Assembly: GCA_963700985.1 (NCBI GenBank)
Contig: OY969554.1
Location: forward strand, 64,001 to 128,000
Length of the DNA stretch: 64,000 nucleotides
Origin: an uncultured Chlamydiales bacterium
GTDB lineage: Bacteria > Chlamydiota > Chlamydiia > Chlamydiales > Rhabdochlamydiaceae
Direction: 5' to 3'
Part shown: positions 29,741-39,638 of the stretch, one piece after another
Layout: the number at the start of each line of letters is the position of its first letter
Position numbering within the stretch: position 1 is the first letter of the stretch
Program-made: the position numbers and the translations under genes
Notes under the pieces: model-generated
What the model was told of the DNA's origin: nothing
Seen by the model: the letters and a program-made list of their open reading frames with translations, nothing else
The model's database searches: none

Positions 29741-30745
29741 TCATAAATGCCAGCGTAGTGGCTCGTCACTCTCGGTATAGAGATGCTTATCTTCTTCCGA
29801 AGTGAGGATCCAGCGATAGGCGTGCCCATCTTGCAGAAGGGGTTTCAGTCCTTTTAATGGAATGTTAAGACTGAGCTCTTCTTTGCCTTTTTTAGCAGAT
29901 TCAAAGGTGATGGGAATCGGAGCTGACATAGGGTCGGTGAGGTCGAGTGCAAAGAGCGAAAAATGCGTGTAGTAAGCGGGCGATCTGAGTTTTAATTTCA
30001 GAACATCGCCTTCGCGTTTGCCATTATCTAGAAAGATTGGCGAGCGATGCGGAATGGGCATGGTAATGGGTGAATTCGAAGCATTTCCACACTCAACTGT
30101 GCGGATTTTCATGGTGAGGTGGCCATTGCTGGTCTCAAGCCAAAAGGGGAAGGGGAAGTCTGGCAAGAAGTAGAGCTCGAGCCGGCAGGCGGCAAGCTGT
30201 GAATTGTCATCGGGCCAGCGTGTTTCAAAAACTTCCATCGCGGGTTTTTTAATTTTCTTTCCTTCAAATACAAGCGGTGGAAACCAGAGCGCGCGCGTAT
30301 CATCTTCACCGCGCTGTGGAGTGGCGCCAATACGGCGGCGCTTTTCAGGCGGAGTGGATGAGAGAGGCAGTGAGAGCATCTTGGGGAGAATCGGCTCTTC
30401 GAGTGAAAGCCATGCTTTTTGTGAAATGGAGAAACATTCTAAAAGTTCGCCCGATTGCAGATCGATTTCATAAAACAGCCAAGAGCTATGACCAGGTGCG
30501 CCCTGCTCGAGCCATTTGGTCCAAGAGAGTGTAGAAAGATCGAGGATTGATTCTGGGGCCGTGATCTCTTCGAGGATAAGTCTTGTAGCATTCTGCTCGC
30601 GGATGCGCAAGAGCGAGTAGTTTTTATCTTGTTGTGTAACGATGTAATTTCCCGGCGCGCCCTTTTCCAGCTTTGCTTTTAATGTAGCTGGCGGGGCTGC
30701 TTGTAGCGCACATGTAACAAGAAGGAAAAAAATGAAAAATCGCAT
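29741..30745 (-). CDS. Conserved chlamydial exported hypothetical protein (CT021-like by position next to lepB)
   Basis: Signal peptide; YIVTQQ.KNYSLL and FPFW motifs; synteny recalled from Chlamydia. Confidence 0.65.
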   Translation of the reverse strand: MRFFIFFLLVTCALQAAPPATLKAKLEKGAPGNYIVTQQDKNYSLLRIREQNATRLILEEITAPESILDLSTLSWTKWLEQGAPGHSSWLFYEIDLQSGELLECFSISQKAWLSLEEPILPKMLSLPLSSTPPEKRRRIGATPQRGEDDTRALWFPPLVFEGKKIKKPAMEVFETRWPDDNSQLAACRLELYFLPDFPFPFWLETSNGHLTMKIRTVECGNASNSPITMPIPHRSPIFLDNGKREGDVLKLKLRSPAYYTHFSLFALDLTDPMSAPIPITFESAKKGKEELSLNIPLKGLKPLLQDGHAYRWILTSEEDKHLYTESDEPLRWHL

Positions 30746-30867
30746 GAATCCATCATACCTTCTGTTTCCGAAAGACGCAATTGCCCTCTAATTATAATAA
30801 AATTTTTAAAATCCGAACTCTTTTTTTGTAAATCATTTACAGGATATGCAGGGTGCAAAGAAATTTA

Positions 30868-31779
30868 TTAGTGTTCGTTGGAGTGGTCTTTTTGGCAGTC
30901 AAAGCAGTATTTAGCTTCGAAGGAGGTTGGATCTTCGACCTGAACGGTCATGTGCTGGATGTGATATTTTTTGGAGATGAGGCGATGCACGGCATTTAGG
31001 GTCTCATGTGGCTGGGTGGAAACGAGGTGCACGCTTAGGGCATTTCGCTTGCTGGCAACGGCCCAAAGGTGCAGATCGTGTACTTCTGTGACTCCCACAA
31101 TATTTGAGAGGTCGTTTCGAATGGTGGTGATATCTACGCCTTCGGGCGTGCCTTCCATCAGCACGTTAACGGTCTGTTTGATCAGCTTGGTGGAAATATA
31201 AATAAGCTGGAGACTGAAAACAATGGTGACGATCGGGTCGATAGGTTTCCAGTCGGTTAACCAGAGAATGGCGCCACTGAGAATCACGCCTATGCTTCCG
31301 AGTAAGTCTCCTAGAACATGCAAGTAGGCAGCGCGCATATTCATATTATGTTGCTGGCAGCTATGCAATACACGCATCATGAGCAAGTTGGCTATCAAGC
31401 CGAGAAAAGCCACTACAAAAACGATGGGGCCTTGCACTTCTGGCGGATGAAAGAGGCGAGTGATTGCTTCATAAATTAGGACACCAGAAAGCGCCCAGAG
31501 TGAAACAGCACTTGCAAGTGCACCTAAGATTTCAGCACGATGATAACCGTAGCTCATTTCGGGTGTGCTAGGGCGACGCGCGATCTTTAGGGCAATTAGG
31601 CTGAGCAGAAAAGCGCCGACATCTGTGAACAGATGCATGGCGTCGCTGATCAGGGCCAAGCTGTTGGCGATCAAACCGCCGGCAACTTCAATGAGCATGA
31701 AAGCAAAGGCGATCCAGAGCGCGGTATGCATCGCCCGGCCATGTTGATGATCACTTGGAAAGTGACAGGTGTTGGTCAT
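30868..31779 (-). CDS. Cation diffusion facilitator (CzcD/ZitB-like)
   Basis: SLALISDAMHLFTD, YGYHRAEILGA, AAYLHVLGDLLGS, VHDLHLW. Confidence 0.95.
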   Translation of the reverse strand: MTNTCHFPSDHQHGRAMHTALWIAFAFMLIEVAGGLIANSLALISDAMHLFTDVGAFLLSLIALKIARRPSTPEMSYGYHRAEILGALASAVSLWALSGVLIYEAITRLFHPPEVQGPIVFVVAFLGLIANLLMMRVLHSCQQHNMNMRAAYLHVLGDLLGSIGVILSGAILWLTDWKPIDPIVTIVFSLQLIYISTKLIKQTVNVLMEGTPEGVDITTIRNDLSNIVGVTEVHDLHLWAVASKRNALSVHLVSTQPHETLNAVHRLISKKYHIQHMTVQVEDPTSFEAKYCFDCQKDHSNEH

Positions 31780-31814
31780 TCGGTTACAATAAGGTTTTAA
31801 AATTAATATAGCAT

Positions 31815-33293
31815 ATGCGGAGTGACATGTCTCTTAATTCGATTTATAAGCTATCTCTTGCTCTGCTTACCGACCTGTATGAACTGACCATGGCGTATGG
31901 CTATTGGAAGGAGGGTCTTGCTGAGCGCAATGCGGTTTTTCCGCTTTCGTTTAGACGCAAACCTTTTCATGGGAGCTTCGCGCTGACAGCTGGGCTGCAG
32001 ACGGCCATCGAGTATATTCAGAATTTCCGCTTTGACGAGAGCGATCTGGCCTATTTAGAAAGTCTGAAAGGCAAAGGCAGCGAACCTCTTTTTGAAAAGG
32101 GCTTTCTCGATTATTTGAAGAACTTTTCCTTCACCTGTGATCTCGATGCGATGCCTGAGGGGACGCCGGTTTTTCCTTATGAGCCTATGCTACGTGTGCA
32201 GGGGCCGATCATTCAAGCGCAGCTTTTAGAAAGCGCGCTGCTCAACATCATCAACTTTCAGTCGCTGATTGCTACCAAGGCGGCGCGCATTTGCTGGGCG
32301 GCACGGCCAGATCCCGTGGTTGAGTTTGGCTTGCGCCGGGCTCAAGGCATCGATGGAGCGCTTTCGGCAAGTCGTGCGGCGTTTATTGGAGGATGCGAAT
32401 CTACCTCGAGTGTGCTGGCTGGCAAGCTCTATGATATTCCCGTACGCGGCACGCACGCGCATAGCTGGGTAATGGCATTTGAAGATGAAGAAGAGTCTTT
32501 TAAAGCTTTTGCTCATGCACTTCCGCATAGCTGTGTGTTTCTCGTCGATACTTATGACAGCCTGAAGGGCGCAAAAAATGCGATCAAAGTTGCCAAGAAG
32601 TTGGGCAAAAGCATGGATATGCTTGGGGTGCGCCTCGATTCGGGCGATCTTACACATCTCAGTATTCAGATTCGCAAGCTGCTGGATGATGCGGGCTTTG
32701 TAAATGCAAAAATCATGGCGAGTAATGAGCTAGATGAGCATCTAATCAGCGATCTTAAGCATCAAGGTGCGAAGATCTCTATCTGGGGTGTGGGCACAAA
32801 TTTAGTCACTGGAAAAGATCAGCCCGCATTAGACGGCGTCTATAAGCTTTCTGCGCTTCAAGATCAAAATGGCAATTGGCAATATAAGGTTAAGATCTCA
32901 GAGCAGATCGCAAAGGTGACTGATCCAGGCATCTTGCAAGTGCGTCGTTATTTTGATGCGCAAGGATATTTAGCTGATATGCTTTATGATTTGCCCACTT
33001 TGCCAAATGATCCGCACATTCTGATTGATCCAACAGATCCAACGCATACAAAGAAGATGCTGCCTGGCGCGCAATTTAAAGATCTTCTCGTGCCGATCTT
33101 GCGCGGGGGCAAGTGCATTTATAATTTTCCCACTTTGAAAGAGACGCAGCGTTATGCGCACGCGGAATTGGATCGCTTGCATCCAGCTATGCGTCGCTTT
33201 TTGAATCCGCAACCCTATTTTGTGGGAATGGAAAAATCCTTGTATAATTTGAAAGTCCGCATGATTGAAGAGATTAAGGAGCGCCGCACTTGA
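31815..33293 (+). CDS. pncB: Nicotinate phosphoribosyltransferase
   Basis: LLTDLYELTM, EFGLRRAQG, GTHAHSW, LVDTYD, RLDSGD. Confidence 0.96.
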   Translation: MRSDMSLNSIYKLSLALLTDLYELTMAYGYWKEGLAERNAVFPLSFRRKPFHGSFALTAGLQTAIEYIQNFRFDESDLAYLESLKGKGSEPLFEKGFLDYLKNFSFTCDLDAMPEGTPVFPYEPMLRVQGPIIQAQLLESALLNIINFQSLIATKAARICWAARPDPVVEFGLRRAQGIDGALSASRAAFIGGCESTSSVLAGKLYDIPVRGTHAHSWVMAFEDEEESFKAFAHALPHSCVFLVDTYDSLKGAKNAIKVAKKLGKSMDMLGVRLDSGDLTHLSIQIRKLLDDAGFVNAKIMASNELDEHLISDLKHQGAKISIWGVGTNLVTGKDQPALDGVYKLSALQDQNGNWQYKVKISEQIAKVTDPGILQVRRYFDAQGYLADMLYDLPTLPNDPHILIDPTDPTHTKKMLPGAQFKDLLVPILRGGKCIYNFPTLKETQRYAHAELDRLHPAMRRFLNPQPYFVGMEKSLYNLKVRMIEEIKERRT

Positions 33294-33904
33294 AAACTTT
33301 ACTGCTTGTCGATTTGCAAAATGATTTCATGCCAGGTGGTCCGCTCGGCGTGCCAGAAGCTGATAAGATCATTCCGCTGATCAACAATGTCTTGCCTAAG
33401 TTTTCGCTCGTCGTGGCGACTCAAGATTGGCACCCCGCTGATCACGCGAGTTTTGCATCAAATCATCCGGGTAAGAAGCCCGGTGATCTTGTTGAGGTGC
33501 AAGGAATCGAGCAGATTCTCTGGCCGACACATTGCGTGCGCAGCACTAAAGGGGCTGAACTCGTGGCTGGTTTACGCAAAGAGATGATTGCAAATATTTT
33601 TTACAAAGGCACAGACAAGTCAATCGATAGTTATAGCGCATTTTTTGACAATGCGCGCCGTAAGTCCACAGGGCTTTTTGACTATCTAAAATCCAACGGT
33701 GTTAAAGAGATTTATATCTGCGGGGTGGCCACAGATTACTGTGTGCTCTACACCACCATCGATGCACTCGACCTAGGACTTTCCGTGTTTGTGATCTCAG
33801 ATGCTTGCCGCGGGATCGATCTTTATCCAGGCGATTGTGAGTCTGCCTTTGCCAGCATGGTCCAAAAAGGCGCCAAGCTCATCCCTTCCACCGCCCTTAT
33901 CTAA
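33290..33904 (+). CDS. pncA: Nicotinamidase/pyrazinamidase
   Basis: VDLQNDF, TQDWHP, WPTHC, DSYSAF, ATDYCV. Confidence 0.96.
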   Translation: MKTLLLVDLQNDFMPGGPLGVPEADKIIPLINNVLPKFSLVVATQDWHPADHASFASNHPGKKPGDLVEVQGIEQILWPTHCVRSTKGAELVAGLRKEMIANIFYKGTDKSIDSYSAFFDNARRKSTGLFDYLKSNGVKEIYICGVATDYCVLYTTIDALDLGLSVFVISDACRGIDLYPGDCESAFASMVQKGAKLIPSTALI

Positions 33905-34030
33905 AGACAAACGAGCTTTTTGGCATTTTTTTTCGCCCAGACTCTTTTAATCCTTTCATTTTTTTTCGCATCTATTTTCAATATATAGCATAAAACAAGA
34001 ACAGATCTCTTTTAGGGGGAATCAAAGGAC

Positions 34031-35263
34031 GTGAGTCAAGCGAGTCAGGGCGAAATTTCAGTCAAAAGGCAGGGGATTTCTCAAGTTATCTCTGGCACCT
34101 TGATGATCGCGGGTACCGCCATCGGTGCTGGGATGCTTGGAATTCCTCTGCTCACAGCTCAAGCTGGCTTCTGGCCCTCTCTTGTCATCACAGGCATCGT
34201 ATGGCTTTTCATGCTCTGCACCGGCCTACTCTTTTTAGAAGTTACTTTATGGATGCCGGCAGGCTCTAATATCCTTTCCATGGCCCAGCGCTTTCTCGGC
34301 ACGAAGGGAAAATTCGCCGCCGGCGGGATGTTCATCTTCCTCTACTACTGTTTAATGATAGCCTATTTCGCGGCTGGCGCCCCGCTAGTCAGTGGCTTTA
34401 TCAACGCCACTTTTGGCCTGCACCTCAGTGGAATAACGAGCTACGCATTTTTCGGTCTGGTCTTTGGGGCCATCGTCGCACTTGGCGCCAAAGCTATCGA
34501 TCGCGTCAATATATTCCTTACCATCGCCATGGTCGTCGACTACTTCATCATGGTGGTGATGGGCTGCTCAGAAGTGGATATGGGTAATTTCCAGTTTAGC
34601 AAGTGGTCGGCAGTTGCCTTCTCCATCCCCGTTCTTTTCAGTGCCTTTGGCTATCACAACATCATCCCATCTCTGTGCAACTATTTGAACCGCGAACGCA
34701 AGACGCTAAAGCTCTCGATCGTTTTAGGTACCTCGGTGCCTTTCTTGATCTACGTGGCATGGCAGTGGCTGATTATCGGCGCTGTCCCACAAGGGGCGAT
34801 TGAGCAAGCGCATATGGAGGGCCAGCCTGCCACGCAAGCGCTGAACGCTCTTGCGGGCGGCTCATCGATCTATCTCGTCGGTCAATACTTCGCCTTTTTC
34901 GCCATCATTACGTCGATGCTGGGGGTGGCTTTCTCGTTGGTAGATTTTCTTGGAGATGGATTGAAGATCGACAGCCAGAAGAAACCGCACCGTTACTTCT
35001 TAGTCTTCCTCACCTTTTTCCCACCTTTTCTGTGTGTGCTCTTTGATCCGACCGTCTTCGATCGCGCGTTAGGCATTGCTGGGGGATTTGGTGAAGCTTT
35101 CTTGAACGGACTTCTGCCAGTCACACTCGTATGGCTCGGACGCTATGCAATGAAGCTGCCTTCAGATTACGCGTTGCCAGGTGGCAAGCTCACGCTCGTC
35201 TTGCTTCTCTTGGTCTCTCTTTTTGTGGTTGGACTTGAGCTTTTCTGGGTATTCTTCCATTAG
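34031..35263 (+). CDS. Aromatic amino acid permease (TyrP/Mtr family)
   Basis: IAGTAIGAGMLGIP, FGYHNIIPS, AIITSMLGV. Confidence 0.92.
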   Translation: MSQASQGEISVKRQGISQVISGTLMIAGTAIGAGMLGIPLLTAQAGFWPSLVITGIVWLFMLCTGLLFLEVTLWMPAGSNILSMAQRFLGTKGKFAAGGMFIFLYYCLMIAYFAAGAPLVSGFINATFGLHLSGITSYAFFGLVFGAIVALGAKAIDRVNIFLTIAMVVDYFIMVVMGCSEVDMGNFQFSKWSAVAFSIPVLFSAFGYHNIIPSLCNYLNRERKTLKLSIVLGTSVPFLIYVAWQWLIIGAVPQGAIEQAHMEGQPATQALNALAGGSSIYLVGQYFAFFAIITSMLGVAFSLVDFLGDGLKIDSQKKPHRYFLVFLTFFPPFLCVLFDPTVFDRALGIAGGFGEAFLNGLLPVTLVWLGRYAMKLPSDYALPGGKLTLVLLLLVSLFVVGLELFWVFFH

Positions 35264-35412
35264 ACCTCTTGCGTAATTCCATTTGCCCGCTAAAACCACC
35301 CTTTTTCCTCTGGTTTTTATCGCATCTCCTCATCGACCCAATTTGGGGTCGCCTCGTCAATGCGATTGGGATCAGTTCAGCCGCGATCGGGCTCTCCTTC
35401 AGTACACCGCTC

Positions 35413-36372
35413 TCAAGTTTCTGTGGAAGGGAAATCAACGCCAGAGACCTTGACGACGGCCTGCCACGCGGCTTCCTGGTTGGCGCGATCGTGAAAGTGT
35501 GGGTGACGCATTGCCTCAATTGGGCCTGTGAGCTTCTTCGGCGCCGAGGCGAAGAATTGGCCCGAGACGTCGGTTCCGAATGCCGATGCCTGGAGGTATC
35601 GACGAGCCGCGGTCTCCGGTGTCTGGGACATGCCGGGAATGAGCTTCACCAATGGAATCATCAGCCACTTCATGACCAGGCTAACGTTTCGCACCGCCTT
35701 GGTGTCGGGCGCGCTGCCGGGTGAGACGGCGTACACGGCCATGCCGTAAGGTAGCCGGCGCGCCAACGCCGCCGCCCACCAAGCAATGATGAGCTTCGCG
35801 TCGGCATACGCTCGGTTGGGCTCGTACTTCACGTTCGGCCCACTGCGCACCAGGGCTTCAATAGCGGCGGTTCGGTCACCCTGGTGGTATTTAGCCGCAA
35901 AAGACGCCACGTCGGTGTAGCTGAACATAGGGACGTCTCCACGGGCGGGTTCAGCGCCGGCGATAACAATCCGCGCATTGGGGCTCAATAAGTTGGCGCG
36001 GAGCAATCCGACAGTCAGTTGATGATGGCCGATGAGCGGGGCCTGAGCCTCCTCAATACCCGCCGCAGTGAGGACGCGCTTCTTACCTCCCACCATCCCT
36101 GCATTGAGCAGCAGGAAATCGATCGGCCGACCCCACTTGACCAGCTCAGCGAGGGCGGACTGGACGCTGGTCGGTGTGTTCAGATCCAGCTCCAGCGGCG
36201 TGAAGACCTGGGTCTTAGTTTCAGCCGCGAGCTGAGCGGCTGTTTCCTGGACCCGGGCCAAGCTGCGGCCGGTGACGATGACCTGGCAGCAGCCCTCGGC
36301 GGCGAGCATGCTGGCTGCCGCATAACCAAGCCCAGAGGTGGTGCCGGTAACGAGTGCGATCGAATGTTTCAT
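35413..36372 (-). CDS. Short-chain dehydrogenase/reductase
   Basis: TGTTSGLG, LNAG, YADAK; AAGGAG RBS before ATG 36372; GC-rich. Confidence 0.9.
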   Translation of the reverse strand: MKHSIALVTGTTSGLGYAAASMLAAEGCCQVIVTGRSLARVQETAAQLAAETKTQVFTPLELDLNTPTSVQSALAELVKWGRPIDFLLLNAGMVGGKKRVLTAAGIEEAQAPLIGHHQLTVGLLRANLLSPNARIVIAGAEPARGDVPMFSYTDVASFAAKYHQGDRTAAIEALVRSGPNVKYEPNRAYADAKLIIAWWAAALARRLPYGMAVYAVSPGSAPDTKAVRNVSLVMKWLMIPLVKLIPGMSQTPETAARRYLQASAFGTDVSGQFFASAPKKLTGPIEAMRHPHFHDRANQEAAWQAVVKVSGVDFPSTET

Positions 36373-36488
36373 GGGCGTCTCCTTAGTGAAGGCTGAAGGC
36401 CGAGTCGTGAGGCCCCACGAGGCCAAAGCCGGCTTGTTAATTTCGAACAATTCAGTTATATATTTGGTCGATGAAAATTTTCAAGGAG

Positions 36489-36510
36489 TTTTGAACTAAA
36501 TGTTTCAAAA
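36489..36510. promoter_or_regulatory. Candidate TetR operator
   Basis: TTTTGAA-N8-TTCAAAA overlapping the tetR start codon. Confidence 0.55.
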
Positions 36511-37132
36511 TGCCGATAGGCCGCGTGGACGGCCGCGCAGCTTTGATGAGAGGGACGCGCTGGAAAAGGCGACCCAGGTATTCTGGTCGAAAGGCTACGA
36601 CGGAGTGACGATCGACGATCTCGTCGCCGGGATGGGCGTGGGACGGCCGAGCCTGTATTCCATCTTCGGCGACAAACGGACGTTATTCTTGCGCGTCCTC
36701 AAGGATTATGAGGAGAAGAAAGGCGCTCTCGCCGCGAAGGCGCTGCTGTCGCCGCAGACGCTTCGCAACTCGCTCGCCCGCTTCCTGAGATACGCCGTCA
36801 AAAGTGCGACCGAGGAAGGGTCTGCCCCGGGATGTCTCGTATTATGCATCGCGCCGCTTGTGGACGACGCTGAGGTCCGGAAATTCCTGCAGAACACCGC
36901 CGCTGCCGCCGTGACGATGGTGGAAGGTCGTTTCCGGGATGGGGTCACCGCTGGAGAAATCCCGTCCGACTTTCCTGTGGCCGTTCGCGCAAGCCAGCTG
37001 ATTGATGTTGCTCGCGGCCTTACCATGCGTGCGCGGATAGGCACGCCGCGCAAGACGCTTCTCAAAGATGCCGAGGAAGCGGCCGACTTGGTGCTCTTGT
37101 CGCGACGTGGAAATGCGGCGCCAGAACGTTGA
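36500..37132 (+). CDS. TetR/AcrR family regulator
   Basis: RGRPRSFD, FWSKGYDG, GVGRPSLYSIFGDK. Confidence 0.95.
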   Translation: MFQNADRPRGRPRSFDERDALEKATQVFWSKGYDGVTIDDLVAGMGVGRPSLYSIFGDKRTLFLRVLKDYEEKKGALAAKALLSPQTLRNSLARFLRYAVKSATEEGSAPGCLVLCIAPLVDDAEVRKFLQNTAAAAVTMVEGRFRDGVTAGEIPSDFPVAVRASQLIDVARGLTMRARIGTPRKTLLKDAEEAADLVLLSRRGNAAPER

Positions 37133-37328
37133 TGCCGGATGCGTGAAGGTTGCAGCGTAGAACGCAGGAACACCGTGTGGGCAGAATGCGTTCCTGGAAT
37201 CGGTTTTTTTTGAGTTCCGGAATTAATTGCATCAGCTTTACTCTTTTTGTGAGAAGGACTTGTGCTTGGCGGAGTTAAATAATCTAATCCTAAAGAGAGT
37301 GGAGAGCTTACTACGCTTTTGGTGGTCA

Positions 37329-38225
37329 TTAAAGCGAGGCTTCTTCGTTGATAGAGCTGCAATCTTTGTAGGTAATGCTGAGATTAGGCATCTTTTCTAG
37401 AAGTTTTGTTCCAACCTTAGAGCCAACTTGGCAGTTAGTAAAGCTCAAGTGTTTTAAATTTGTATCAGATGGCAAAGAGTCGAGATAGCGCATTTGTAGT
37501 GGGGCTTTTTTGCCCTCTGCAAAGTTAATACCTATCTGGCAAACTTCCAAAGAGCTCAGGAAAGGCAGTTCGATTAAAAGCCCGCAAATATCTAATTTTG
37601 CGCCGACAGCACCTTCGATAACTAGCGAATCTAGGGCCGGATAATTTTCCGCGATTTCATGTGCATGGGTACGATCTAAAACGCCTATTACAACAAATCT
37701 CAGCTTAGTGACATCTTCCGAAGCGATGCGTGGGAAGCAGAAATTACCGTTACGAAAGCGATGAGCAGGCGGAAAGGGGAGCGCGAGCTCACGAATTTTC
37801 AGCGTCTTTGCAAGGAGTGCATCGGAGAGCATCTCCAAACAAGTAATCGGCAATTTGCCCAATGACACATATTTTAAATTTAAAATGGGCAGACAGGCCA
37901 TGACATTTAGTGCAATTGTGCGATCTTTAACTGGATGAAGCTCGCGATCAAAATAAAAAGTGCTCAAAAATGGATAGATCAAACGACAGCCACGCAAATA
38001 GGCTGCGACAATATCCTTAGAGCTTAGATTGTCTTTTCCTAAGCGCATGATGAGCTCCGAGCAGGTTAAACTGCTTCTTGCATCATTCCAGGCATTACAT
38101 ACTTGTGCAGCTTGGCCAGCCTCTTCTCCTGGAGTTAAAAAGGAGCTGATGAGAGCAGTTATACCATCTATTTGGAGAGGATGTTCAGCTGCGGAGGAGG
38201 TCCATGTGATTGCAGTATTAGTCAT
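37329..38225 (-). CDS. F-box-like plus LRR-like candidate effector
   Basis: ITALISSFL...AAQVCNAWN; leucine-repeat-like C-terminus. Confidence 0.55.
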   Translation of the reverse strand: MTNTAITWTSSAAEHPLQIDGITALISSFLTPGEEAGQAAQVCNAWNDARSSLTCSELIMRLGKDNLSSKDIVAAYLRGCRLIYPFLSTFYFDRELHPVKDRTIALNVMACLPILNLKYVSLGKLPITCLEMLSDALLAKTLKIRELALPFPPAHRFRNGNFCFPRIASEDVTKLRFVVIGVLDRTHAHEIAENYPALDSLVIEGAVGAKLDICGLLIELPFLSSLEVCQIGINFAEGKKAPLQMRYLDSLPSDTNLKHLSFTNCQVGSKVGTKLLEKMPNLSITYKDCSSINEEASL

Positions 38226-38509
38226 AAAATTTCCACTTTAGACATTAAATATTAGAATACAGTGTAGTTTTAGTCAACTAAAGTATTTAAAAATGCGGAA
38301 TCTTTTTTGACTAAAATTAATTGTGATAATAAATAAAGAATTGATTGATAAGAAAGAGACTAGAGATGAAGGAGGTTCTCATAGAAGTAAATGCTCGTGC
38401 AAGAAAGGGTAGAAGTATATTTTGTCTGGCATAAAAAATTTTAATACAAAAAAAAAACGGCTATGGCATACGGTGAGTTTGTAGAGTATTTTTTTAAACA
38501 GGAGGGTAT

Positions 38510-38788
38510 GTGAAAAAAAATGTACTGAAGTTGGCGTTGACTGGATTGGCACTTGGCGCTATGGCCTGCGGTTGCAGTAAATCAAACGACAAAGGTTCAT
38601 CTTGCAATGGCAAGACAGACTGCAATGGAAAGCAAAAGCAGAAGCAAGAGAGTGGTTGTTCGAGTAAGCCTGGTTGCAAAGGAAAGAGTGGTTGCACGGG
38701 CAAAACTGATTGTAATGGTTCTTCTGGTTGCAAAGGAACAAATGGTTGCACAGGTAGAACAGATTGCACTGGCAAAAGCGGTAAATAG
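38510..38788 (+). CDS. Cys-repeat RiPP precursor (bufferin-like), probable lipoprotein
   Basis: GTG start with AGGAGG; signal peptide ending AMACGC; Cys at 32,38,50,56,62,68,74,80,86. Confidence 0.85.
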   Translation: MKKNVLKLALTGLALGAMACGCSKSNDKGSSCNGKTDCNGKQKQKQESGCSSKPGCKGKSGCTGKTDCNGSSGCKGTNGCTGRTDCTGKSGK

Positions 38789-38804
38789 TCGTTTCGACTA
38801 GCGG

Positions 38805-39638
38805 ATGGCCATGATAAAAAAAGCACCTAATTTAGGAATAGGAATCGGGCTTAGGCCTGTTCATTTCCAGGAGATTTTTGACTCATGGCCTCCGATTGAT
38901 TGGTTCGAAATTATCAGTGAAAATTTCATGGCTGGCGGAATGCCTCTCAGAAATTTAGAAAAGATTTTAGAGCGTTATCCAGTTGTAATGCACGGAGTAA
39001 CTCTCGCCATCGGTAGTGCCGCCCCTTTGGACTGGGAATACCTTAAAAAACTAAAAGAACTTGCCATAAAAACAAAAACCCCATGGCTTTCGGATCACCT
39101 TTGCTGGGGTCAATTGCCTGGGATGCGCTTTCACGACCTTCTTCCACTACCTCGCACAAAAGAAGTGGCCAATTATGTCGCAGAGAGAGCTCGAATTATC
39201 CAAGATTATTTGGAGATCCCATTTGCACTCGAAAATCTCTCTTCTTATGCTAATTTCAAAGATGATGAAATGACCGAATGGGAATTTTATGCAGAGGTTG
39301 TGGAAAAAGCAGACATTTCGATGATGCTCGACGTGAATAATATTTATGTTTCTTCTCGCAATGAAGGTTTTGATCCGAAGGAATATTATTCTAATCTACC
39401 CTTGAACCGAGTCATTCAGATCCATCTCGCTGGACATGCGGATCATGGGAGATATATCATCGATACGCATGACCATCCCGTCTGCGATGCAGTATGGGAA
39501 ATATATCGACAAGTTTATCAGCGAACGGAAGGTGTTTCAACTCTTCTAGAATGGGATGATCGATTTATTCCATTTGAAGAAACTTGGAAAGAGGCACTGA
39601 AGGCAAAAGAGTTCCAGAAAGAAATTATCCATGCATAA
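38805..39638 (+). CDS. DUF692 multinuclear non-heme iron oxidative enzyme (MNIO)
   Basis: GIGLR, EIISENF, SDHLCW, HDLLPLP, LEN, DVNNIY, HLAGH, DTH, LEWD. Confidence 0.95.
   Translation: MAMIKKAPNLGIGIGLRPVHFQEIFDSWPPIDWFEIISENFMAGGMPLRNLEKILERYPVVMHGVTLAIGSAAPLDWEYLKKLKELAIKTKTPWLSDHLCWGQLPGMRFHDLLPLPRTKEVANYVAERARIIQDYLEIPFALENLSSYANFKDDEMTEWEFYAEVVEKADISMMLDVNNIYVSSRNEGFDPKEYYSNLPLNRVIQIHLAGHADHGRYIIDTHDHPVCDAVWEIYRQVYQRTEGVSTLLEWDDRFIPFEETWKEALKAKEFQKEIIHA

Noticed and set aside
35269-37362. Long alternative ORFs (151 and 218 aa) in the GC-rich insert
   Set aside because: Antisense shadows expected at high GC.
38448-38457. A10 tract upstream of the RiPP precursor as a phase-variation switch
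   Set aside because: A-runs are common in these AT-rich intergenic regions, and the promoter position is undefined.
38494-38826. Repetitive PLQP ORF on the minus strand
   Set aside because: Shadow of the Cys-repeat precursor, which has the RBS and operon context.
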